Shown in pieces: positions 34,437-41,143 of a stretch of DNA of 41,143 nt; positions within the stretch are counted from its first letter, which is position 1; each line of letters begins with the position of its first letter. The position numbers and the translations under genes were made by a program. The notes below the pieces were generated by a model. The model did not search any database. It was not told where the DNA came from and saw nothing but the letters and a program-made list of their open reading frames with translations. Origin of the DNA: a virus (Duplodnaviria; Caudoviricetes); the IMG/VR virus record IMGVR_UViG_3300027653_000028, positions 1-41,143 of that record, one strand, 5' to 3'.

Positions 34437-35384
34437 ATGTCAAAAATACCACCACCCATCCACGCCACGGTGTCCAGGATCGACGCTTACCACCAGGCCC
34501 GCCAAGATCCGCCACGCGCCCATTTCGGCGCTAGCCAGCTGGGCGATGAGGACCAGCAGGGGCAGTGGCTACGGTTTCGCTGGGCGTTCGAGGAGGCGCA
34601 CAGTGGGCGCCTGCTGCGCCTGTTCCGACGCGGGCACATGGAGGAGCACACCGTGGTCAGCGACCTGCGCGCCATCGGCTGCGATCTGGCCCACGTGCTG
34701 GATGACCAGCTGGTCATTGACTACGGGGCGCACATCAAAGGATCGCCAGACGGGATCATCCTGAGCGGGCTTCCCGAGGCGCCAAGCAAGCCACACATGC
34801 TGGAAATCAAGACCGCCAGCAGGAAGCGTTTTGAGGAGATGAGGCAGCAGGGGGTAGAGCGAAGCAACCCGACATACTGGGTGCAGGCCCATACCTACAT
34901 GTACGGCCTGAACAATCACGCCGGCATCAGGCTGGATCGCTGCATGTTCATCGCGGTCTGCAAGGATGACGATTCCATTTACACCGAGCGGATCGAGTAT
35001 GACGCGTCGGTGGCCGAGCGATATCTAGCACGAGGCCGGCAGGTCACAATGTCCCGGCGCATGCCCGAGCCGACGTACCTGGACCCCGCTTTTTACCGCG
35101 CCAGGTGGTCGCCCTTCTACGCCGCGTACTTCCCTCGGTCCGCCACCTCTCACCACATGGGCCGGCTGCGCGTGCAGCGGGAGGGGGAGGGGCTTTGGGC
35201 GCGGGTCGGAATCAACTGCCGCACATGCGAGTACATCGAGCCCCTGGAGTCAGGAGAGTGGCGCTGCAACCTATACGCCAGCGAGGTGCCGCTGGAGTTC
35301 CAGCGCCAGGGATGTGATAGACATGAGATGCATGGCGACATTGTACGGCTGATCGAGCAGGGCAATAACGAGGGAAGGCGATGA
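34437..35384 (+). CDS. PD-(D/E)xK exonuclease (Cas4/lambda-exo-like)
   Basis: GASQLG, LFRRGHMEE, GSPDG, LEIKT, YWVQAHTYM, C-terminal NCRTC...C...GC. Confidence 0.85.
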   Translation: MSKIPPPIHATVSRIDAYHQARQDPPRAHFGASQLGDEDQQGQWLRFRWAFEEAHSGRLLRLFRRGHMEEHTVVSDLRAIGCDLAHVLDDQLVIDYGAHIKGSPDGIILSGLPEAPSKPHMLEIKTASRKRFEEMRQQGVERSNPTYWVQAHTYMYGLNNHAGIRLDRCMFIAVCKDDDSIYTERIEYDASVAERYLARGRQVTMSRRMPEPTYLDPAFYRARWSPFYAAYFPRSATSHHMGRLRVQREGEGLWARVGINCRTCEYIEPLESGEWRCNLYASEVPLEFQRQGCDRHEMHGDIVRLIEQGNNEGRR

Positions 35385-37033
35385 GCAGGCTGCAGTTGCG
35401 GGACTATCAGCAGCGGTCAATCGACATGCTGTATCAGTGGTTTCGCGATAATCCGACAGGCAATCCATGCCTGGTCCTGCCGACCGGGGCCGGCAAAAGC
35501 CTGATCGTGGCGGAGCTGTGCAGGGACGCACTGCAGAGCTGGCCGGAGACAAGGATACTGATGCTGACCCACCAGGCGGAGCTGATCGCGCAGAATGCCG
35601 AGCGCATGCTGCAGCTGTGGCCGAACGCCCCGATGGGGGTCTATAGCGCCAGCCTCCGACGCAGGCAGCTTGGCCACCCCATTACCTTTGCCGGGATTGG
35701 CAGCGTGCGGACCAGGGCCAGCCAGATCGGCCACGTTGACCTTGTCCTGGTGGATGAGAGCCACCGGATAAGCGGACGGCAGGAGGGCAGCTATCGAGCA
35801 CTGATCGGAGACCTGACCGCCATCAACCCATCCCTGCGGGTGATCGGGCTCACCGCCACGCCATACCGGCTGGGCCAGGGGTATGTGACCGATGGGGAGC
35901 ATGCGCTGTTTTCCGAGCTGATCGAGCCGGTCACAACCGCCGAGCTGATCGACAACGGGTATCTGTGCCCGCTGCGGAGCAAAGCAACCGAGACCCAGTA
36001 TGACCTGACCGGAACCCGCACCAGGGCGGGGGAGTACGTGCAGCGGGACCTGCAGGCCGCGGTGGGGATATCGCTAACCAACCGGGAGGCGGTGGAGGAG
36101 ATCGTAAGGCGCGCGGAGGGTCGGCAGTCCTGGCTGGTCTTTTGCGCCGGGGTCGAACACGCCAGCCAGGTCGCCGAATACTTGCGCGACCTCGGGGTGT
36201 CCGCCGAGGCGGTCACCGGCAAGACCCCGGCAGCGCAGCGCCGTGAGGCGTTGAGCGACTTCCAGGCCGGTAGAATCACGGCCCTGACCAACTGTGACGT
36301 GCTGACAACAGGGTTCGATCACCCCGGCATCGACCTCATCGCCCTGATGCGCCCGACCTTGTCTCCCGGGCTCTACATTCAGATGGTGGGCCGGGGTCTC
36401 CGGATCAGCCCCGCGAAGCAAAGCTGCCTGGTCCTGGATTTCGCGGGCAATATCTCACGCCATGGGCCGGTCACCAATGTAGTTACGCCCCGACCGCCCG
36501 GACAGGGGGGTGGGCCGCCGCCCGCGAAGGAGTGCCCGGAGTGTGCGGAGCTGGTGCACACCAGCGTCATGGTCTGCCCGGAGTGCGGGCACCAGTGGGA
36601 GAGCGCCGAGCGCCGCTACACTCTTGCGAGCGATGACATTATGGGCAGGGAGCCGCTGAGAATGGAGCTATCCGGCTGGTCATGGAAGGTCCACACCGGC
36701 CGCAGGAGCGGCAGCCGCATGCTGCTGGTGACCTATTACGGGGCTGACCTGTCATCGAGGCCCGTGCGGGAATACATCACGCTGGGGTATGGCGGGTGGG
36801 CCGGTCAGAAGGCGGCCAGGACCATGGCGGGGATCGTAAATCACAGCCTGTCGGACCCATCCATGCTCCGCAAAATGGTGGGGGATGACGGAGGGCCTGA
36901 CCTGGACCGAGTGGTGGAGATCATGGAGCAGCACGCCACGGCGCCATCGGCAATCGAGTACCAGATAGATGGGAAGTTCCACCGGGTGATTGATAGGATG
37001 TGGGGCATTGACGATATACAGGAGGCGCAATAA
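35381..37033 (+). CDS. SF2 DNA helicase (RadD/YejH-like) with zinc ribbon
   Basis: LRDYQ, PTGAGKS, DESH, TATP, LTTGFD, QMVGRGLR, CPEC...CPECG. Confidence 0.93.
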   Translation: MSRLQLRDYQQRSIDMLYQWFRDNPTGNPCLVLPTGAGKSLIVAELCRDALQSWPETRILMLTHQAELIAQNAERMLQLWPNAPMGVYSASLRRRQLGHPITFAGIGSVRTRASQIGHVDLVLVDESHRISGRQEGSYRALIGDLTAINPSLRVIGLTATPYRLGQGYVTDGEHALFSELIEPVTTAELIDNGYLCPLRSKATETQYDLTGTRTRAGEYVQRDLQAAVGISLTNREAVEEIVRRAEGRQSWLVFCAGVEHASQVAEYLRDLGVSAEAVTGKTPAAQRREALSDFQAGRITALTNCDVLTTGFDHPGIDLIALMRPTLSPGLYIQMVGRGLRISPAKQSCLVLDFAGNISRHGPVTNVVTPRPPGQGGGPPPAKECPECAELVHTSVMVCPECGHQWESAERRYTLASDDIMGREPLRMELSGWSWKVHTGRRSGSRMLLVTYYGADLSSRPVREYITLGYGGWAGQKAARTMAGIVNHSLSDPSMLRKMVGDDGGPDLDRVVEIMEQHATAPSAIEYQIDGKFHRVIDRMWGIDDIQEAQ

Positions 37034-37230
37034 TGACATACAGGCACGCAGAGAAAATAAAGAGGGTCAGGGATAAGATATCGGAGCCAAGGGAGGTGCC
37101 AAGGAGCTGCGCAACCTGCGAGTACATGGCGGATGATGGGCTATGCACGGAGTATAACAGCAGGCCCCCGCTGGAGTATGTTACCCAGGAAAACGATTGC
37201 CACAAGTGGATAATGTTCATACCATTTTAA
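37033..37230 (+). CDS. Small Cys-rich protein
   Basis: CATC...C...C..W pattern; TAATG coupling; GGAGG RBS. Confidence 0.7.
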   Translation: MTYRHAEKIKRVRDKISEPREVPRSCATCEYMADDGLCTEYNSRPPLEYVTQENDCHKWIMFIPF

Positions 37231-37280
37231 CTGTATAGGCAATACACCGAGACACATCAAACGAGCTAAAGAGGACGGAT

Positions 37281-37481
37281 ATGAGCAGAAGCAGAATTCC
37301 ACGACTGCGATACAAGCGCAGGATGGCCACCTATCGCCTGCCAGAGTTTCTCATCGAGCGCATGAAGCAAGAGGATATCAGTCAGACCCAGCTGGTGGAG
37401 ACGGCCGTAATGCACTACCTACGCATGGAGTACCCGCACGAGCACCCCGATAACGAGTGTCATGAAAGGTGGCTGAGATGA
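37281..37481 (+). CDS. Small ribbon-helix-helix-like DNA-binding protein
   Basis: MATYRLPEFLIERMKQEDISQTQLVETAV strand-helix-helix pattern. Confidence 0.6.
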   Translation: MSRSRIPRLRYKRRMATYRLPEFLIERMKQEDISQTQLVETAVMHYLRMEYPHEHPDNECHERWLR

Positions 37482-37867
37482 CCGGAAAAGCGCCCACAGA
37501 GGCGCAAGAGCAGGCAGAGCTGGTGGGGTGGTATGACGCCACGTATCGGTGCGAAAGGACTCGCCACCGGCTGTTCATGATCCCCAACGGCACCCACCTG
37601 GCGGGCGGGCCCCGCCAGAGGGCTGCGCAGGCGTCCAGGCTGAAGGCACAGGGGCAGCGCAATGGGGCCCCTGACCTGATGCTGCCCATCGCCATTGGCG
37701 GGCACCACGGGCTGTTTATCGAAATGAAAAGGCGCAAGGGCGGGAGGGTTTCATCAGCGCAGGATCGCAGGCTCCAAATGCATCGTGATGACGGGTACCG
37801 GGCCGAGGTCTGCAACGGCGCCGATGAGGCGAAGCAGGTCATTGCCGAGTACCTGGCGGGGCTCTGA
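37478..37867 (+). CDS. VRR-NUC nuclease
   Basis: TEAQEQ, IPNG, GAPDL, GLFIEMKRRKGGRVSSAQ. Confidence 0.9.
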   Translation: MTGKAPTEAQEQAELVGWYDATYRCERTRHRLFMIPNGTHLAGGPRQRAAQASRLKAQGQRNGAPDLMLPIAIGGHHGLFIEMKRRKGGRVSSAQDRRLQMHRDDGYRAEVCNGADEAKQVIAEYLAGL

Positions 37868-37872
37868 CGAGC

Positions 37873-38100
37873 ATGATCCCAGAGCACTGCTGTATTGACG
37901 ACATTCCGTGGATCAGGGGGCAGGTCGCCCAGCTGATCCCCATCCGGCGCATGAGAGCAGCGAGCGAATACTCCAGGGTATATCAGCAGGCCCACGACGC
38001 CGAAACGGTAGACCACGCCAGGGTCGCAACGGCCCGATTCCACGCCAATACCAGGCTCAGGAAGTACGTCGAAAGAGCAAAAAGCGCGGAACACCCCTGA
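37873..38100 (+). CDS. Hypothetical protein
   Basis: ORF follows VRR-NUC by 5 nt; YSRVYQQA...ARFHANTRLRKYV. Confidence 0.6.
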   Translation: MIPEHCCIDDIPWIRGQVAQLIPIRRMRAASEYSRVYQQAHDAETVDHARVATARFHANTRLRKYVERAKSAEHP

Positions 38101-38420
38101 AATTCCGGAACATTCGCGGAACATTTCGGAACAAAATCCGTAAACCCTTTTCCAATAAGGAGTTTTTCCGCGCAAAAACCGAAATTTCACCAACCGGTAA
38201 GTGCCAAAAAGGGCTCCGGAACGCTCGGAACACCTCGGAACATTCCGGAACGTTCCGAAGTGTTCCGGTTATTCCCCATTAAAATCAACGACTTATGAAA
38301 TTGATCATTTTTTGATCAACGGAAGGGGGGGCAAAACACTTGACGGCACGGTACGGCATGGGTTACGCTCCTTTAGGAGCGTACCCAATGCGTTCCGCCG
38401 TCAATGCGGCGGTTTTTGAT
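38080..38420. repeat. Origin-like iteron array B (CGGAAC/GTTCCG) with long hairpin
   Basis: About eleven CGGAAC/GTTCCG; exact IHF consensus AATCAACGACTTA (38283-38295); 65-bp imperfect palindrome 38340-38404. Confidence 0.7.
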
Positions 38421-38432
38421 CCACCCGTCAAG

Positions 38433-38458
38433 AAACCGGCACCCATGCCGGTTTTTTT
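38433..38458 (+). terminator. Intrinsic terminator
   Basis: AAACCGGCA-CCCA-TGCCGGTTTTTTT. Confidence 0.8.
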
Positions 38459-38668
38459 ACGTCAGCAGAAAATAGAATGAGAAAAGGGCAGGCTGAGGGC
38501 GAGCAGGCCAGGACCACATGGCGCCACCCGTAGACGCCGGGAGCCGGACGGTCAGGCAGTAGACCGGAGCAGCATCCGAGTATACAATTATGATATACAG
38601 TTTGAGGGGTAACGGAGATGGCTAATCAATTCACCGAACGAAGGGTGGCGTGGGCGGGGGGCGGAAAA

Positions 38669-39088
38669 ATGATCAAATTCAAACGCCTGAACGAAAACGC
38701 GATCCTGCCCACCAGGGGGACGCCCGGCAGCGCCGGGATCGACCTGTATGCGGCTCATCGAGGCCTGGTCGCGGCCGGGGAAAGGCTGGCCGTTGGAACC
38801 GGCCTGGCTGTCCAGATCCCGCACGGCCATGTCGGCCTGATCTGGCCGCGGTCTGGACTGGCTGCTCGCAACTCCATCGACACCCTGGCCGGGGTCATCG
38901 ATAGCGACTACCGGGGTGAGGTCGTGGCGCTGCTGATCAACCACGGCAATCAAGCCCTGGGGATCAGCCCCGGCGACCGCATCGCACAGCTGCTGATCCA
39001 GCCCGTAGCGGCGCTGGATCCTGCCTGGGCGGATGAGCTGGACGACACCGAGCGGGCCGATGGCGGGTTTGGGAGTACGGGACAATGA
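38669..39088 (+). CDS. dut: Trimeric dUTPase (ORF open from 38618)
   Basis: SAGIDL, PRSGLA, AGVIDSDYRGEV, GDRIAQL, RADGGFGSTG. Confidence 0.96.
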   Translation: MIKFKRLNENAILPTRGTPGSAGIDLYAAHRGLVAAGERLAVGTGLAVQIPHGHVGLIWPRSGLAARNSIDTLAGVIDSDYRGEVVALLINHGNQALGISPGDRIAQLLIQPVAALDPAWADELDDTERADGGFGSTGQ

Positions 39089-39753
39089 GCGCACCGAAGC
39101 AACTGACAATCGCGAAACGCTACGGAATGTCGTTTATCTCCGTGATCAGAATGCTCGACGAGCAGGGCCATAACCTGCAGACCGCGGCGGACGAGATCGG
39201 AATGAAGCCCGGCAGCCTGGCTAAGGCAATCGAGGCGGCGGGCATCCAGGGAGTACTGCAGCGAAACCGGCATCTGGCCACGGCCACCATCCGCACGATC
39301 ATGCGAGCCCAGGACGAGCACGGCGCCCCCATCGAGGAGGTCATACGCTGGTACGCCGAGGCCGGGCACAGCATGGCGTTCACCGCCAGGGCCCTGGGGT
39401 TCCGAGTGACCACGTTCCGAGACCTGGTGGAGCGGATGGGCCTGCGGCCTACATTCCGGCCGCGGGAGAAAACCTTGGAGAGCATGGAAGGATCCCGCAG
39501 GGTGACCAGGGCCGTGCTGGAGTCTATCCAGCGGGCCCAGCAAGCCGCCGAGAAGACGATCCCACGGGTGGAGTACCAGGGCATTGTCGACACGTACCGA
39601 GGGCATGCGGAGCGCCTGGGGGTGGGGCTGACGAAGGTCAGGACACGGAGGAGGAGAAGGCCCGGCGACCTGGAGTACATTTTTCGTCGCAGACACCACC
39701 AGGGAAACCAGTATCGTCCGATCCCGGTTGGGCATCCGTGGAGAATGGAGTGA
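39085..39753 (+). CDS. Multi-HTH DNA-binding protein
   Basis: Two repeated units (VIRMLDEQGHNLQTAADEIGM / VIRWYAEAGHSMAFTARALGF) plus VEYQG...HAERLGV..KVRTR. Confidence 0.7.
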   Translation: MSAPKQLTIAKRYGMSFISVIRMLDEQGHNLQTAADEIGMKPGSLAKAIEAAGIQGVLQRNRHLATATIRTIMRAQDEHGAPIEEVIRWYAEAGHSMAFTARALGFRVTTFRDLVERMGLRPTFRPREKTLESMEGSRRVTRAVLESIQRAQQAAEKTIPRVEYQGIVDTYRGHAERLGVGLTKVRTRRRRRPGDLEYIFRRRHHQGNQYRPIPVGHPWRME

Positions 39754-40000
39754 CTCACCGAACACTATCCGCCACCACGAGGGTCGGCTCTTATAACAAA
39801 TCGGTATAGGGATTTGGTTGCACGGGGTCTAGCTGGTAAACCCCGACAGCAAGGCCAGGAAGCGCAATTACTGGGCTGGGTACAGCCGAACACAGCAGAG
39901 GTTTTCCAGGGTGCGAGACATGGAGCTTCTGGAGCAGCACCACCCACAAGTGTTTGACGCCCTGCTGTGGGCCCTGGCGGAGGTGCTGCCGGAGCACTGA
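39750..40000 (+). pseudogene. Possible decayed phage gene
   Basis: Protein-like frame LVNPDSKARKRNYWAGYSRTQQRFSRVRDMELLEQHHPQVFDALLWAL (39833-40000) preceded by in-frame TAG and TAA and lacking a start. Confidence 0.35.
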
Positions 40001-40234
40001 GCCCTCCCTCCTGGCGTTCAGCACGCCCACCAAAGCAGGGCAAGCAAGCCAGCGCCCCGAGCATAGCCCCAGAACCGCCCAGAACGCCGTATAAGGCGCG
40101 ATCGGGTGAAGGTATGCCCCAAGGCAGGGGTGGGTGCCAATCGCTCTCAGTCGTCGATTCAGGGACCCTCTGGGGATGGCCGCCCAACCATGGGTGGTCA
40201 CTGACATTGTGCCCGCCGGGGGCGTTGTGTCGCT

Positions 40235-40475
40235 TGTGGGCGGCTCTGGCTGCCTGTAAAGAACCTCTCTCCAGTCGGTTGTGCCCAACAGCCTGTCAAT
40301 CCGGTCTTCACAACTTTTCTGTAGGCGGTCTCTCTCCAAGGGCAGCATTCTGATGAGCGCAGCAAACGGGAAAAGAAGCCAGGCATCAATTTTCCTCGTT
40401 AAGGCGATGGCTTCCAGAGTCTCCCATTCAAGTTCGGTGGCATACGGGTCAATAAACATAACGCACCGGTCGCTC
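40235..40475 (-). pseudogene. Internal fragment of a TcmP (three-Cys-motif partner)-like gene
   Basis: RCVMFIDPYATELEWETLEAIALTRKIDAWLLFP...RIDRLLGTTDWREVLY resembles the TcmP FxDPYG motif region; no N-terminus; downstream sequence is not protein-like. Confidence 0.6.
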
Positions 40476-40503
40476 TGCCCATGGAAGCGATCTGGGAGTG
40501 GTG

Positions 40504-40512
40504 TGGTATACT
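40504..40512 (+). promoter_or_regulatory. Extended -10 element, candidate late promoter
   Basis: TG-G-TATACT about 30 nt upstream of the first ORF of the HNH-terminase-structural run; no clear -35. Confidence 0.4.
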
Positions 40513-40541
40513 GGAATAGAGATTGACGAAAGGGTCAACCT

Positions 40542-40703
40542 ATGGCATGTAAAGGTTGTGAGCGACGGCGCCAGTGGATCAAGAAGTGGGGCAGAGTAGC
40601 GTATGAGCGAGCAAGACGAATCAGTCCGAGCAACAGGCCAGCTGCTGCAGCTGATCCTGCAGGAGCAGCGCCAGACCAACCAGCTGCTGCTGATGCTGAT
40701 TGA
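40542..40703 (+). CDS. 53-aa CxxC microprotein (not in ORF track)
   Basis: AAGGG RBS-like; MACKGCERRRQWIKKWGRVAYERARR; overlaps the next ORF in another frame. Confidence 0.45.
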   Translation: MACKGCERRRQWIKKWGRVAYERARRISPSNRPAAAADPAGAAPDQPAAADAD

Positions 40704-40776
40704 CGCGTTGGCCGAAGAGGATATCGCGCGCAGCGATGAGCCGTTGCGGTATATGGACGGGAGCCCTCGTGTCTAG
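40603..40776 (+). CDS. 57-aa hypothetical protein upstream of HNH (not in ORF track)
   Basis: LLQLILQEQRQTNQLLLMLIDALAEED...EPLRYMDGSP; stop overlaps the HNH start. Confidence 0.65.
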   Translation: MSEQDESVRATGQLLQLILQEQRQTNQLLLMLIDALAEEDIARSDEPLRYMDGSPRV

Positions 40777-41101
40777 GCTAAAGACCCTCCCGCCGAGGCT
40801 CGCCAAGGCTCCAGAGCGCAGCCTTGCCCAAGTGAACCCGAGCAGCTGGAGGTCTGGAAAGACATCAACCCAGCGAGGCTACGGATACCGCTGGCAGAAA
40901 GAGCGTGAGAGGTTCCTGATGGCTCATCCCCTGTGCCGGTACTGCCAATCTGAGGGAGTCACCAGAGAGGCGACAGTGGTTGACCACATCATCCCTCACC
41001 GAGGCGATCAGGCACTTTTCTGGGAACGGAACAACTGGCAGCCTCTGTGCGCATCCTGCCACTCATCGGTGAAGGCGAGGGAAGAGGCCGGCCAGGGGTG
41101 A
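40769..41101 (+). CDS. Packaging-associated HNH endonuclease (HK97 gp74-like)
   Basis: RGYGYRWQKER, PLCRYC, VDHIIPHRGD, NWQPLCASCHSSVK; adjacent to cos/terS. Confidence 0.92.
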   Translation: MSRLKTLPPRLAKAPERSLAQVNPSSWRSGKTSTQRGYGYRWQKERERFLMAHPLCRYCQSEGVTREATVVDHIIPHRGDQALFWERNNWQPLCASCHSSVKAREEAGQG

Positions 41102-41143
41102 CCGGGGGGAGGGTCGCGGCAAAAGGGCGATTCGCTTCTAGAC
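41102..41143. other. Right genome end / cos region
   Basis: GGGGGGAGGG just after the HNH stop; sequence ends CTAGAC and the window starts just before terS. Confidence 0.6.

Noticed and set aside
34437-35384. Cas4-like nuclease as a CRISPR component
   Set aside because: Sits in a standard Sak4-SSB-exonuclease-helicase module; no cas1, cas2 or array
39791-40459. Intact 222-aa minus-strand gene
   Set aside because: Only the first ~75 residues look like protein; the rest reads as run-on through non-coding and antisense sequence

Overview
The window looks like an essentially complete linear genome (~41 kb) of a lambda/HK97-type siphophage, probably infecting a gammaproteobacterium (inferred only from gene families). 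It starts just upstream of terS and ends just after a packaging HNH gene, so the ends probably sit at a 3'-overhang cos site. 44-25319 (+) is the late region. It holds terS, terL interrupted by a 393-aa class 3 (Ala1, WCT) LAGLIDADG intein, a fused prohead protease-major capsid gene with an internal RBS, and a fibre-like gene placed before the portal. Then come head-tail genes, a lambda-like tail (G/GT frameshift, H, M, L, K, I, J), tip accessory genes, a side fibre and two lysis-type gene groups. 25318-30100 (-) is an early/accessory region of small genes, a C5 methyltransferase and a dATP/dGTP diphosphohydrolase-like gene. 30640-39753 (+) is a replication/recombination module bracketed by two mirror-image CGGAAC iteron/hairpin arrays. 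I found no integrase, CI-type repressor or partition system. The best candidate for an undescribed system is the early regulatory block at 25.3-28.6 kb: two copies of a sigma70 promoter with a palindromic operator, a 59-aa XRE protein, two promoter-plus-terminator non-coding units carrying anti-Shine-Dalgarno sequences, and a SutA-like RNA polymerase-binding microprotein. The two proteins fall below the ORF-track size cutoff. Other strong leads are a mini-zincin lipoprotein at the cor position, the twin origins, a zinc finger inside the intein endonuclease and a ~50-bp IS200/IS605 remnant. All family assignments come from motif recognition by eye; no searches were run.
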